Counted from the first letter of the stretch, positions 29,809-40,604 are shown. The stretch: 43,432 bases of DNA from Rhizobium sp. Q54 (GCA_945903655.1 CAMDOY010000001.1:1-43432); one strand, 5' to 3'. Numbers and translations are program-made. The notes: generated by a model from the letters alone, not told the origin.

Positions 29809-32694
29809 ATGAGCCCGACATCCAGCCAGGCCGTGGTTCAAACGGCCCCCACCCGCCGCGCCGCCCGCAAGACCGAGGCGCGCCAAGTCATCGACCGCAA
29901 GGCGCTGGACGCCGAGATCGAGGCGCTGGCGCGCGCCCATGCTGGCGCGCCCGACGCCCTGCGCAAGGGGGCGCTGGCGCTGTTCCGCCAAGCGCTCGAT
30001 GAGGGCCACGCCCGGGCCCGCGAACAACTGGAAAGCGCAGGAAGGGGCCTCGATTGCGCCCGCGCTCTCTCCCATCTCGAAGACGAGATCATCCGCGCCA
30101 TCCACACCTTCGTGACGACCCATCTCTACCCCGCGAAGAATCCCTCCTCCGCCGAGCGTCTCGCCATTGCGGCGGTGGGCGGCTACGGGCGTGGCACGCT
30201 GGCGCCGGGCTCAGACATCGATCTCCTGTTCCTGCTGCCCTACAAGCAGACGCCCTGGGGCGAGAGCGTCATCGAAGCCGTGCTCTACATGCTCTGGGAC
30301 CTCCGGCAGAAGGTCGGCCATTCCACCCGCTCCGTCGATGAATGCCTGCGCCAAGCGCGCGAGGACATGACCGTGCGCACCGCGCTGCTGGAAGCCCGGT
30401 TCATTCTCGGCGACGAGGCGCTTTTCGAAGACATGCGCAACCGCTTCGATGCGGAGCTGGTGCGCAAGACCCCGCGCGAATTCGTCTCCGCGAAACTGGA
30501 GGAACGCGACACCCGCCTCAACCGCGCTGGCGTCTCGCGTTATCTCGTCGAGCCCAACGTCAAGGAGAGCAAGGGCGGGCTGCGCGACGTCAACACGCTC
30601 TTCTGGATCGCCAAATATGTCTACCGTGTGCGCGAGCCCGATGAACTCGTGAAGGCGGGCGTCTTCACCCAGCGCGAGGTGCAGGTCTTCCATCGCTGCG
30701 AGGAATTCTTGTGGCGCGTGCGCTGCCACCTGCATTTCGTGACGAAGCGCGCCGAGGACCGGCTCTCCTTCGACCAGCAACGCGCCATCGCCGCGCGCCT
30801 GGGCTACACGACCCACGCGGGCCTCAGCGACGTCGAACGCTTTCTGAAGCACTACTTCCTCGTGGCGAAGGATGTGGGCGATCTCACCGCCATCCTCTGC
30901 GCCGCGCTGGAGGAAAAGCAGGCCAAGCCACGGCCGGTTCTGGACCGCTTCATGGGCCGCCTGCGGCCGAAGAATTACGCCCTGCCCGGCGGTGATTTCG
31001 CGGTGGAGGTCGATCGCGTCACCGTGGCGAGCCCGGATGTCTTCGAGAAGAATCCGGTCAACATCATTCGCCTCTACTGGATCGCGGACCGCAATCGCCT
31101 GCCGATCCATCCGGACGCCACGCGCCTCGTCACCATGTCGCTGAAGCGCCTGAACGGCAAGCTGCGCGAGGACCCCGAAGCCAACCGCATGTTCATCGAG
31201 ATCCTCACCTCGCGCGGGGCGCCCGAAGCCGTGCTCCGGCAGATGAACGAAGCGGGCGTGCTTGGCCAGTTCATTCCCGATTTCGGACGCATCGTCGCCT
31301 TGATGCAGTTCAACATGTATCACCACTACACAGTGGACGAGCATCTGCTGCGCAGCATCGGCATCCTCGCGAATATCGAGACCGGGCGGTTGAAAGAGGA
31401 TCACCCGCTCTGCAGCGAGATCCTGCCCTCGATCCGCAATCGCACGGTGCTCTATGTGGCGCTGTTCCTGCACGACATCGCCAAGGGTCGCGAGGAGGAT
31501 CACTCCATCGCCGGCGCCCGTGTGGCGCGCGAACTGGGGCCGCGCTTTGGCTTGTCGGAGGCGGAGACCGAGACCGTCGCCTGGCTGGTCGAGCAGCATC
31601 TGGTCATGTCCAACACCGCGCAGAGCCGCGACCTGTCAGACCCCCGCACCATCGAAACCTTCGCCGCCATCGCGCAGACTCTCGAGCGTCTGCGCATGCT
31701 GCTGGTGCTGACGGTCTGCGACACCCGCGCGGTGGGGCCAGGCGTGTGGAACGGCTGGAAGGGACAATTGCTGCGCACCCTCTACTGGGAGACCGAAGTG
31801 GTGCTGGCGGGCGGCCATTCGGCCATCGACCGCAAGCAGCGCGTGGTCATGGCGCAGAACGAATTGCGCAGGGCGCTGGCCACCTGGTCGGATCCCGATT
31901 TCGAAGCCTATGCGGCGCGTCACTATCAGGCCTATTGGCTGAAGGCGGAACTGCAACGCAAGATCGCCCACGCCAAATTGCTGCGGGTGGTGGATGTCGA
32001 ATTGAAGTCGCTGATGACCGAGGTCACCACCGACGCCTTTCGCGGCGTGACGGAGCTGACGGTCATCGCGCCCGACCATCCCCGTCTTCTGTCGATCATC
32101 GCGGGCGCCTGCGCGGCGGCGGGCGCCAATATCGTGGACGCCCAGATCTTCACCACCACGGACGGGCTGGCGCTGGACACAATCTTCATCAGCCGCGCCT
32201 TCGAGCAGGACGAGGATGAGTTGCGCCGCGCCGACCGGGTGGCCCAGACCATCGAAAAGGCGCTGCGGGGCCAGATGCGCCTGCGCGACGCCGTCGAGGC
32301 CCGCCGCGAACAATCGCGCGGCGCGCACAAGGCCTTCACCCTGGCGCCCGACCTGATGATGGATAACAACCTGTCGAATCGCTACACGGTCATCGAGGTC
32401 TCCGGCCTTGATCGGCCCGGCCTGCTCTATGACATGACCGCAGCCTTGTCGGACCTGAACCTGAATATCGGCTCCGCCCATATCGCCACCTTCGGCGAGA
32501 AGGCGGTGGATGTGTTCTATGTAACGGACCTCACGGGCGCGAAGATCATCAATCCCACCCGCCAGGGCACGGTGCGCAAGCGCATTCTGGATATTTTCAC
32601 GCCCGGGGAGCCCAAGGTTGCGGCCAAGCCAGCGCCCAAACCCCTGCCCAAGCCCCCGCAAAAGCGCGCCAAGGGCGAGGCCGAGGCGGACTGA
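29809..32694 (+). CDS. glnD: [Protein-PII] uridylyltransferase/uridylyl-removing enzyme
   Basis: AVGGYGRG.LAP.SDIDL, EPNVKE..GGLRD, HHYTVDEH, LHDIAKG, two C-terminal ACT domains (DHPRL, DRPGLL). Confidence 0.98.
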   Translation: MSPTSSQAVVQTAPTRRAARKTEARQVIDRKALDAEIEALARAHAGAPDALRKGALALFRQALDEGHARAREQLESAGRGLDCARALSHLEDEIIRAIHTFVTTHLYPAKNPSSAERLAIAAVGGYGRGTLAPGSDIDLLFLLPYKQTPWGESVIEAVLYMLWDLRQKVGHSTRSVDECLRQAREDMTVRTALLEARFILGDEALFEDMRNRFDAELVRKTPREFVSAKLEERDTRLNRAGVSRYLVEPNVKESKGGLRDVNTLFWIAKYVYRVREPDELVKAGVFTQREVQVFHRCEEFLWRVRCHLHFVTKRAEDRLSFDQQRAIAARLGYTTHAGLSDVERFLKHYFLVAKDVGDLTAILCAALEEKQAKPRPVLDRFMGRLRPKNYALPGGDFAVEVDRVTVASPDVFEKNPVNIIRLYWIADRNRLPIHPDATRLVTMSLKRLNGKLREDPEANRMFIEILTSRGAPEAVLRQMNEAGVLGQFIPDFGRIVALMQFNMYHHYTVDEHLLRSIGILANIETGRLKEDHPLCSEILPSIRNRTVLYVALFLHDIAKGREEDHSIAGARVARELGPRFGLSEAETETVAWLVEQHLVMSNTAQSRDLSDPRTIETFAAIAQTLERLRMLLVLTVCDTRAVGPGVWNGWKGQLLRTLYWETEVVLAGGHSAIDRKQRVVMAQNELRRALATWSDPDFEAYAARHYQAYWLKAELQRKIAHAKLLRVVDVELKSLMTEVTTDAFRGVTELTVIAPDHPRLLSIIAGACAAAGANIVDAQIFTTTDGLALDTIFISRAFEQDEDELRRADRVAQTIEKALRGQMRLRDAVEARREQSRGAHKAFTLAPDLMMDNNLSNRYTVIEVSGLDRPGLLYDMTAALSDLNLNIGSAHIATFGEKAVDVFYVTDLTGAKIINPTRQGTVRKRILDIFTPGEPKVAAKPAPKPLPKPPQKRAKGEAEAD

Positions 32695-32706
32695 ACGGCG
32701 AACAAG

Positions 32707-32736
32707 CTTGATTTTTACACGGGCAGCCCTGATATC
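32707..32736 (+). promoter_or_regulatory. Possible RpoH (sigma32) promoter of grpE
   Basis: CTTGA...CCCTGATATC resembles the alphaproteobacterial RpoH consensus and precedes a heat-shock gene. Confidence 0.4.
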
Positions 32737-32765
32737 ACGCCCGAACCAATCGGACAGATGAACCC

Positions 32766-33380
32766 ATGCAATATCCCAAGGATCCCGCCACGCCCCCCAC
32801 CGACCAGCCTGCGCAGGAGGCGGAGGGAGCGCACGAGTCCTCTTTCGCGAACGAGGCCCCGCAGTCCCCGATCACCGAGCCCGAGCCCTTCACGGAGCTG
32901 GAAAATCTCCATGCGGAGAACGCTGGCCTGAAGGAGCGCGTGCTGCGCACCCTGGCCGAGATGGAGAATCTGCGTCGGCGCACCGAGCGCGAGGTGGCGG
33001 ACGCCAAGACCTATGGGGTGACCTCCTTCGCCCGGGAAATGCTGACCCTGGCCGACAATCTGCGGCGCGGGCTCGAGACCCTGACTCCCGAAGCGCGGGC
33101 CGCCGCCGACCCGACCATCGTGAGCTTCATCGAGGGAATCGAACTGACCGAGCGCGCCTTCCTGTCGAGCCTTGGCCGTCAGGGCGTGAAGAAGATCGAC
33201 CCCCAGGGCCAGCGCTTCGACCCCAACATGCACGAGGCCCTCTTCGAGGCGCCGGACACCAGCGTGCCCAATGGCACGGTGGTTCAGGTGGTGGAGACCG
33301 GCTATTCCATCGGCGAGCGCTGCCTGCGCCCGGCGAAGGTGGGCGTGTCGCGCGGCGGGCCGAAGGCGGTCCAGGCCTGA
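32766..33380 (+). CDS. grpE: Nucleotide exchange factor GrpE
   Basis: RTLAEMENLRRRTERE, DNLRR, FDPNMHEA, GY.IGER.LRPAKVGV. Confidence 0.96.
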   Translation: MQYPKDPATPPTDQPAQEAEGAHESSFANEAPQSPITEPEPFTELENLHAENAGLKERVLRTLAEMENLRRRTEREVADAKTYGVTSFAREMLTLADNLRRGLETLTPEARAAADPTIVSFIEGIELTERAFLSSLGRQGVKKIDPQGQRFDPNMHEALFEAPDTSVPNGTVVQVVETGYSIGERCLRPAKVGVSRGGPKAVQA

Positions 33381-33383
33381 GGC

Positions 33384-33995
33384 TCAAGCCAGATCAACCC
33401 GCCGCAGGGTGAGGTTGATCCGGCCCTCCTCGGCCAGCAGGGTCGAGGTGCCGGGGTAAAGACGGTCCACCCCGTGGAAGCACAGCCGCGAGGCGCCGCC
33501 GATCAGCACGAGATCGCCGGATTCGAGTCGCACCGACTTCGTCGGCCCGCCCCGCGTATTGCCGCCAAAGCGGAACAGGCAGGAATCGCCAAGGGAGATC
33601 GAGGCCACCGGCGCGTCCAGCGCCTTCTCGTCCCGGTCCTGATGCAGGCCCATGCGGGCCTTGGCGTCGTAGAAATTCACCAGACAGGCCTGCGGCGGCG
33701 CGCGAAAGCCCCCCGCATCCCAGGCGCGCAGGGCCAGATCAGGGATCGCGGGCCAGGGTGTATCGTTGACCGGATGGGTCGCCTGATAGCGATAGCCCCG
33801 CGTCTCGTCGGACACCCAGCCCAGCTCCCCGCAATTGGTCATGCGGACCGAAAATTCCTTGCCGGTACGCGGCATGCGCGGAGTGAAGAGGGGCGCCTGA
33901 CGCACCGCCGCGCGCAGCTCCGCCACCAGCGCCTCCTGCTGGGCGCGATCATAGAAGCCAGGATAATAGATCAGGCCGGGGGCGAGCTCGATCAT
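33384..33995 (-). CDS. alkB: 2OG-Fe(II) dioxygenase, AlkB family
   Basis: SVRMTNCG.LGWVSD, GYRY, CLVNFY, MGLHQD, HGV, RINLTLR. TGATG overlap with dapB. Confidence 0.88.
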   Translation of the reverse strand: MIELAPGLIYYPGFYDRAQQEALVAELRAAVRQAPLFTPRMPRTGKEFSVRMTNCGELGWVSDETRGYRYQATHPVNDTPWPAIPDLALRAWDAGGFRAPPQACLVNFYDAKARMGLHQDRDEKALDAPVASISLGDSCLFRFGGNTRGGPTKSVRLESGDLVLIGGASRLCFHGVDRLYPGTSTLLAEEGRINLTLRRVDLA

Positions 33996-34810
33996 CAGTC
34001 GTTGAGGCCGAGCACATCGGCCATGGAATAATGCCCGGGCTTGCGGCCATGGCCCCAAAGGGCGGCCCGCACCGCGCCGCGCGCGAAGAGGCCACGATCC
34101 TCGGCCTTGTGGGCCAGCTCCAGCCGCTCGCCAGGACCGGCGAAGATGACGCTGTGATCGCCGATGACCGTGCCGCCGCGCAGGGTCGCGAAGCCGATGT
34201 CCCCGGGAGTCCGCGCGCCCGTATGGCCATCGCGCACCCGCTGGGAATGGGTGGCCAGATCAATATCGCGCCCCTTGGCCGCCGCCTCGCCCAAAAGGAG
34301 CGCGGTGCCGGAGGGGGCGTCCACCTTCATGCGATGGTGCATCTCCACGATCTCGATGTCGTAGTCGATCCCAAGGGTGGCGGCGGCGCGCTTCACGAGG
34401 CCCGCCAGCAGATTGACCCCAAGGCTCATATTTCCCGAGCGCACCACCACCGCATGGCGGGCGGCGGCGTCGATCTTGGCGAGGTCGTCAGCCGACAGGC
34501 CCGTGGTGCCGATCACATGGACCACGCGGGCTTGGGCGGCGAGGGCGGCGAGGGCCACCGTGGAGGCGGGGGTGGTGAAATCGATCACGGCGTCCGCATG
34601 GAGCAGGGCCTCCAGCGCATTGTCGGTGATCAGCACATCGCTGGCGGCGCAGCCGGCCTGCGCGCTGGCGTCCTGACCCAGCGCGGGCGAGCCCGGCCGC
34701 TCCAGCGCCCCCGCCAGCCGCATGCCCTCAGTCTGGTCAACCGCCTGAATGAGCATGCGCCCCATGCGCCCGGCGGCGCCCGCGATCACGATCCGCATCT
34801 CGCTCATCAT
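33995..34810 (-). CDS. dapB: 4-hydroxy-tetrahydrodipicolinate reductase
   Basis: [38 protein letters not shown]. Confidence 0.97.
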   Translation of the reverse strand: MMSEMRIVIAGAAGRMGRMLIQAVDQTEGMRLAGALERPGSPALGQDASAQAGCAASDVLITDNALEALLHADAVIDFTTPASTVALAALAAQARVVHVIGTTGLSADDLAKIDAAARHAVVVRSGNMSLGVNLLAGLVKRAAATLGIDYDIEIVEMHHRMKVDAPSGTALLLGEAAAKGRDIDLATHSQRVRDGHTGARTPGDIGFATLRGGTVIGDHSVIFAGPGERLELAHKAEDRGLFARGAVRAALWGHGRKPGHYSMADVLGLND

Positions 34811-34964
34811 CCGCTCCTGTGTCTGTTCCATCCTGCCTCTACAGAGGCGGCGCGCTCAGGGCAATGCGGGGAATGTGGGGACCGTGACGATTGCCCCTTG
34901 CGCCCGGGCGCGATCCGGGCAAGGTTCTCCCCTTGTTCTCATACCTTGTCGCTTGGGCTGAGCC

Positions 34965-36194
34965 ATGGATTTCACCTTTCTGCATTGCGCCGACCTGCAT
35001 CTGGGCAGCCCCCTGCTGGGCCTTTCCCTGAAGGACGAGGCCATCGCCCGGCGCTTCGCCCAGGCCAGCCGCGACGCCTTCTCCGATCTCGTCACCGCCG
35101 CCATCGCCGAGCGCGTCGCCTTCGTGCTGATCGCGGGCGATGTCTATGACGGCGAGTGGAAGGACACGGCCATCGGCCTCTTCTTCGCCCGCGAACTGTC
35201 GCGCCTGCACCGGGCGGAGATCCCGGTCTTCATCATCCACGGCAACCACGACGCGAAAAACGTCGTCACCAGCGCGATCCCCCTGCCGGGGAATGTGACG
35301 ACCTTTCCGGTGAAGCGGGCGAAGACGCAGAAGCTGGAGGCCTTGCGCGTCGCCATACACGGCCGCAGCTTTCTGGAGCGGGAGGAGACCGAGAACTGGG
35401 CGCCAACCTATCCCGAGGCAGTGACGGGCTACTTCAACATCGGCATGCTCCACACCTCCTGCGACGGCAAGCCCGGCCACGCCTCCTATGCGCCCTGCAC
35501 CACGCAAGATCTGGTGGCGAAGAGCTATGACTATTGGGCGCTTGGCCATGTTCATCAGTTCGAGGTGCTGCACGAGAACCCGCATATCGTTTACCCCGGC
35601 AATCTGCAGGGCCGCAGCATCAGGGAATGCGGCCCCAAGGGCGCGGTCTTCGTGGATGTGCAGGATGGACGCGTGCGCGATCTGCGCCGCGTGATCACCG
35701 ATCAGGCCCGCTGGGCCGAGGTGGTGCTGGACGCCAGCAGGCACGATAACCGGGAGGCGCTGCTCAGCGCCGTGGCGCAGGCCTTCAGGCCCGTGGCGGG
35801 CGAGGCTGAGGGCAAGCTGGTCGCCGCGCGCCTGCGCCTCACCGGCGCCACCGCCCTGCATCGCAGCCTGCTCGCCGACCCCGGCGGATTCGCGGTGGAT
35901 GCGCTGGCCGCCGCGCAACAGAACGCCGAAGACATCTGGATCGAGAAGCTGCGCCTCGATACGCGCGATCTTTTGCAGGCCAGCGGCGAGGATCTCGCGG
36001 GGGTCGATCTCGACGCCCTGCTGGCGGGGGCAGACGCGGCGGCGCTCGCCCGGCGCCTGACCGAGGACATGGAGATGCTGCGCTCCAAATCGAGCGGCGC
36101 TGGTCTGGCGCTGGATCTGGAGGACGCGCCCGCCCTCATGGCGGAGGCCCGCGCCCTCTTGCTGGAGCGCGCCGCCCATGGGGAGGACCGCTGA
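34965..36194 (+). CDS. Mre11/SbcD-like metallophosphoesterase nuclease (YhaO type)
   Basis: FLHCADLHLGSP, IAGDVYD, GNHD, MLHT, YWALGHVH, YPGNLQGR. Confidence 0.92.
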   Translation: MDFTFLHCADLHLGSPLLGLSLKDEAIARRFAQASRDAFSDLVTAAIAERVAFVLIAGDVYDGEWKDTAIGLFFARELSRLHRAEIPVFIIHGNHDAKNVVTSAIPLPGNVTTFPVKRAKTQKLEALRVAIHGRSFLEREETENWAPTYPEAVTGYFNIGMLHTSCDGKPGHASYAPCTTQDLVAKSYDYWALGHVHQFEVLHENPHIVYPGNLQGRSIRECGPKGAVFVDVQDGRVRDLRRVITDQARWAEVVLDASRHDNREALLSAVAQAFRPVAGEAEGKLVAARLRLTGATALHRSLLADPGGFAVDALAAAQQNAEDIWIEKLRLDTRDLLQASGEDLAGVDLDALLAGADAAALARRLTEDMEMLRSKSSGAGLALDLEDAPALMAEARALLLERAAHGEDR

Positions 36195-39100
36195 TGCGCC
36201 TGACCCGTCTCGACCTCCTCAAATATGGCGCCTTCGAAACCCGCAGCCTCACCCTGCGCCCGGACGCGAAGCTGCATGTGATCTTCGGCGCCAATGAAGC
36301 GGGCAAATCCACGACGTTATCAGCCGTGCGCGATCTGCTCTTCGGCTTTCCCAGCCGCACGCCCTATGATTTTCGCTTCAAGGCGTCGGAGTTGCGCCTT
36401 GGTGGCGAGGTTCTGTCGAAGGCGGGCGCGCGCCTCGCCTTTGTGCGGCGCAAGGGCAATACGAAGACCTTGCTGGATCCGGAAGGCAAGCCGCTCGATG
36501 ATGCCGCGCTCGCGCCCTATCTTGGCCAGATGACGCCTGACATTTTCCGCAGCGCCTTCGGCCTTGATGCTGCAAGCCTGCGCGAAGGCGCCGAGGAATT
36601 GATGCAGGCGCGCGGCGAAGTCGGCTCAAGCCTCATGGCGGCGGCCTCGGGCATGAGGGGCCTGACCCGACTGCGCGGCGACATCGAGGAACGGGCGGAC
36701 GGGATCTTCACGCCCAACAAATCGCAATCGCGCGCCTTCTATCAGGCCCGCGACCGCTATGAGGCCGCCAAGAAGGCCATCAGCGAAAATGAGCTGCGCG
36801 CCACCGGATGGAAGCGGCTCAATGACGCCATCGCGCAGAACGAGGCGCGGCTGGCGGAGCTGACCCAGGAGACCCGCAAGCGCGGCGAGACCCGCGCCCG
36901 CATCGAACGGCTGAAACGCCTCGCCCCCCTGCTGCGCAAGATCGAGACGCAGGAGCAGGCGCTGGCCGAACAGGCCGATCTGCCGCACACGCCAGCGGGC
37001 TATCCCGCGCGGCTCGGCGAGGCGCTGGAGGGCGCGGCGAGGGCGCAGGAAAGCCACCGTAAGGCCGAAGCCGAACGCGCCGAAGCGGAGGCGCTGCTGG
37101 CGGAGATTTCGGTCGAGGCGGCCCTGATCGAGCGGGCCGGGGAGATCGAGGCGCTGGTGCAACGCATCGGGGCAGCGGGCACCGCCGCCAGCCAGTTGCC
37201 GCGCGTGGCCGCCGAGCAGGACGCCGCCAGCGCGGACCTCGACGGCAAGGCCCGCGCCCTTGGCCTGCAGCTGGGCCAGAGCCTCGAGCAATGGCAGCCC
37301 AGCGATGGCGACCTCGCCCTGCTGCGCCAACTCATCGACGAAGAGCGCGGCCTGACCCAGCGCCGCGCCGCCTTCGAACAGACCCTGGGCGAAGAGCGCG
37401 AGGGCCTCGCAAGGCTCGACGCGCTGAGCCAGTCCCGCGCCCATGTGTCCGACCCCGCGCCGCTGCGCGAGCAATGGCGGGCGCTGGGGGTTCTGAAAGC
37501 CATCGCCGATCACGAGCAGAAGGCGAGCGCCCTGCGCCGGGAGGAGGAGGCCCTGCGCCGCGACGCCCTGCGCCTGCAACCGCCTGTTTCGGACCTGCCG
37601 CGCCTCGCCGCTGCGCCCCTGCCCTCGAGCGAGACCATCGCCGCCTTCGGCAAGCGTTTCGACGAGATGCAAACCGCCCGACGCGATGGCGAGCGCGCCA
37701 TGGCCGAGGTGGAGGCCCGCCTCAAGACCCTGCGCCAGAGCCTCGACGCGCTGGCGGCGGGGGGCGATGTGCCGACGCCCGAATTGATCGCCGCGACCCG
37801 CGACGCCCGCGATGCGGAATGGGCGCACCTGCGCGCCACCCTCTTTGGCGAATCCGGCGCCTTTGCAGGCGCGGCTCTCGCCGCCAGCGTTACAAGTTTC
37901 GAACGCGCTGGCGAGAGCGCCGACCGGCTCGCCGACGCCGCCGCTCGCGACGCCGGCCGCGTGGCGAGCTTCGCCGCGCAGACGAAGGATCTGACGAGCG
38001 AAGACGCAAATCTCGCGCACCTTGAGGCCCAGCGCGCCGAGCGGGCGGCGCTGGAGGAGACGCTGGCGCAGGAGTGGTCCGCCCTCTGGAGCCCATTGGG
38101 CGTTGCCCCCCTCAGCCCCCGCGACATGGGCGGCTGGCGCCCGGCGCTGGACAGCCTGCTGGATCGTCACGCCCGGCAGGAAGAACTGCGCCACGAGGCG
38201 CAGCAGGCGCAGGACCGGCTCGCCGCGCTGATGACGCCGCTGGCGGGCCTAGCGCAGGGCTGCGGCCTGCCTGACATGCCCGGCCTTGATGCGGAGCGGC
38301 AGGCCCAACGGGTCGAGACGCGGTTGCAGGAGCTCGCCACGGCCTGGGACGAATCGCGCGCGCAGGCGCGCCAGCGCGACGACATCGGCCAGCGCATCGC
38401 CAAGCTCGACGCCGATCTGGCGAGCCATGCCGCGAAGGAGGCCGATTGGGCGCAGCGCTGGCGGGGCGCCCTGCCGAAGGTTGGCTTGTCGCAGGAGGCC
38501 ACGAGCATCCAGGCCCAGGCGGCGCTCGATGTGTGGAAGCTTACCCCCGCCGCCCTCGAAAAGCGCGATCAGCTCAAGCGCCGCGTGGAGGGCATGCGCC
38601 GGGATCTCGCGCGCTTCGAAGACGACGCCCGCGCCCTCCTCGCCGCCCTGACCCCCGATCTCACCACGCTACCGCCCACCCTGGGCGTCGAGCGACTCAA
38701 TGAGCGGCTGGCTTCGGCGCGCAGGGCGGAGGCCCGGCGCGAGGAAATCGCCCGGCGCATGGGCGCCTGCGAAGCCAGTCTGCGCAAGGCGCAAGGGGTG
38801 GTCACCGACGCGCGGGCCAGGCTCGATGAACTCGCCGCCACGCTGCCGCCCTGCGATGATCTGAGCGCGTTGCAAGCAAGGCTCGCCGCGCGTGAGGCCA
38901 TGGCTGCGGCGCTCGCCGATCTGCGCGCCCAATTCGCCGATCAGGCCGATGGCCATGGGGAGGCGCAGGTGCGCGCTGAGCTGGAAGGCTTCGACCCCGA
39001 CCGGGCGCAGGCCGATCTCGCCGCCCTCCAGCTGGAGGACGAGCGTTCCGCGCTTGAATCCAACGAGGCCTATGCAGCTGTGAAAGAGGCGAAACGCCAG

Positions 39101-39688
39101 ATCGAGGCCTGGGAGCAGGGGCTGGGCTCGGAGGCTGCGAGCCAACAGCGCGTCAACGCCGAAGGGGAGATGCAGGAGGCGGCGCGGTCCTGGCTTGTGC
39201 TGCGTCTGGCGGGCGCCATGCTGGCGGATGCGCTGGAGCGCCATCGCGCCACCCGGCAAAACCCCGTCATGGAGCGGGCCAGCGCCCTGTTCGCCGCGCT
39301 CACGGGCGGGGCTTTTTCGGGCATCGTCCAGTCCTATGGGGAGGATGGCGTCGAGGCGCTGTTCGGCAAGCGCGCCAATGGGGAGGAGGTCCCCGTGGGC
39401 GGGCTCAAGGAGACCCAGCGCGGCGGCCTCAGCGAGGGCACACGCGATCAGCTCTATCTGGCCCTGCGCCTCGCCTATGTGGAGGACTACGCGGCCCGCG
39501 CCGAGCCGACGCCCTTCATCGCCGACGATCTCTTCACCAGTTTCGACGACGCCCGCACCGCCCATGGGCTGCGCGCCCTGGCGGATGTGGGCGCCTCGGC
39601 CCAATGCGTGCTCTTCACCCATCACCGCCATGTGGCGGAACTCGCCCGGGCGGCGCTGGGGACGGATCTCGACCTCATCGAGATCTAG
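36194..39688 (+). CDS. YhaN-type SMC/Rad50-like ABC ATPase with a long coiled coil
   Basis: Walker A GANEAGKST, about 900 aa of coiled coil, signature LSEGT, Walker B/D-loop FIADDLFTSFD, FTHH. TGATG-coupled to the nuclease gene. Confidence 0.9.
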   Translation: MRLTRLDLLKYGAFETRSLTLRPDAKLHVIFGANEAGKSTTLSAVRDLLFGFPSRTPYDFRFKASELRLGGEVLSKAGARLAFVRRKGNTKTLLDPEGKPLDDAALAPYLGQMTPDIFRSAFGLDAASLREGAEELMQARGEVGSSLMAAASGMRGLTRLRGDIEERADGIFTPNKSQSRAFYQARDRYEAAKKAISENELRATGWKRLNDAIAQNEARLAELTQETRKRGETRARIERLKRLAPLLRKIETQEQALAEQADLPHTPAGYPARLGEALEGAARAQESHRKAEAERAEAEALLAEISVEAALIERAGEIEALVQRIGAAGTAASQLPRVAAEQDAASADLDGKARALGLQLGQSLEQWQPSDGDLALLRQLIDEERGLTQRRAAFEQTLGEEREGLARLDALSQSRAHVSDPAPLREQWRALGVLKAIADHEQKASALRREEEALRRDALRLQPPVSDLPRLAAAPLPSSETIAAFGKRFDEMQTARRDGERAMAEVEARLKTLRQSLDALAAGGDVPTPELIAATRDARDAEWAHLRATLFGESGAFAGAALAASVTSFERAGESADRLADAAARDAGRVASFAAQTKDLTSEDANLAHLEAQRAERAALEETLAQEWSALWSPLGVAPLSPRDMGGWRPALDSLLDRHARQEELRHEAQQAQDRLAALMTPLAGLAQGCGLPDMPGLDAERQAQRVETRLQELATAWDESRAQARQRDDIGQRIAKLDADLASHAAKEADWAQRWRGALPKVGLSQEATSIQAQAALDVWKLTPAALEKRDQLKRRVEGMRRDLARFEDDARALLAALTPDLTTLPPTLGVERLNERLASARRAEARREEIARRMGACEASLRKAQGVVTDARARLDELAATLPPCDDLSALQARLAAREAMAAALADLRAQFADQADGHGEAQVRAELEGFDPDRAQADLAALQLEDERSALESNEAYAAVKEAKRQIEAWEQGLGSEAASQQRVNAEGEMQEAARSWLVLRLAGAMLADALERHRATRQNPVMERASALFAALTGGAFSGIVQSYGEDGVEALFGKRANGEEVPVGGLKETQRGGLSEGTRDQLYLALRLAYVEDYAARAEPTPFIADDLFTSFDDARTAHGLRALADVGASAQCVLFTHHRHVAELARAALGTDLDLIEI

Positions 39689-39758
39689 GGCGCATTGGCT
39701 TTGACGAAGGCGACCGGGTGCTCTTTAATCGGGTCAGGCGGCCCATGGAGAAAGCGCA

Positions 39759-40562
39759 ATGACCGAGATCGTGACCCAGATGACCACCTGCGCCGGGGGG
39801 CTGCCCGCCTTCATCGCCGCGCCCGCCGGCCCGCAGAAGGTCCCCGTGATCGTGCTGCTGCACGAGCGTTACGGCCTCGTGCCCCATACGATGGATCTGG
39901 CCCGCCGCCATGCGCGCGAGGGCTATGTCTGCATCGCCGCCGATTATTTCTTCAAGCATCCCGATCAGGACGCCCTGCACCGGGGCGACAGCGGCTATGA
40001 CATGACCGATCCCGAATCGATCGAATATATGGAGGCCGCCATCGCGGCCCTGGCCGACACGCCCCAGGCCGATCTCTCGCGCATCGCGGTCATGGGGGTG
40101 TGCCAAACGGGACGGCATCCGCTCGTTCTGGCGGCCCATCGCAAAATTGCGGCGGCGCTCGTTTGGTATGGGGCGGCGCAGGACCGCGAATGGCAGGTCA
40201 ACGCGAAATATCCGGTCGCCCTCGACACGCTGATCGATCAGGCGGACTGCCCGGTGCTCGGCATGTTTGGCGAGGGCGACCACATCATCTCGGTTGACCA
40301 TGTGCGGCGCTTGCGCAACGCGCTGGAGCGCACCAACAAGACCTATCATGTGGAGATTTTCGGCGGCGCGCCCCATGGCTGGCTCAACGACACCATGCCC
40401 GGCCGCTATCGCCGCGAGCAGGCGGAAGCCGCCTGGCAGGCCCAGCGCGACTTTCTGGCCCGCGTCTTTGCGCCGAAGGCCGAAGGCGGCTTCATCGAGC
40501 AGAGCTACAAGGCCAGCATTTCGCCCACCTATGATTTTTCCAAGAACGTCCGCTACGAATAA
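39759..40562 (+). CDS. Dienelactone hydrolase family protein
   Basis: LLHERYG, nucleophile elbow MGVCQTG, PVLGMFGEGD, GAPHGW. Confidence 0.85.
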   Translation: MTEIVTQMTTCAGGLPAFIAAPAGPQKVPVIVLLHERYGLVPHTMDLARRHAREGYVCIAADYFFKHPDQDALHRGDSGYDMTDPESIEYMEAAIAALADTPQADLSRIAVMGVCQTGRHPLVLAAHRKIAAALVWYGAAQDREWQVNAKYPVALDTLIDQADCPVLGMFGEGDHIISVDHVRRLRNALERTNKTYHVEIFGGAPHGWLNDTMPGRYRREQAEAAWQAQRDFLARVFAPKAEGGFIEQSYKASISPTYDFSKNVRYE

Positions 40563-40604
40563 GACCTCGCTGAACCCAACCCTCACCGCATCAGGACAAC
40601 AGCC

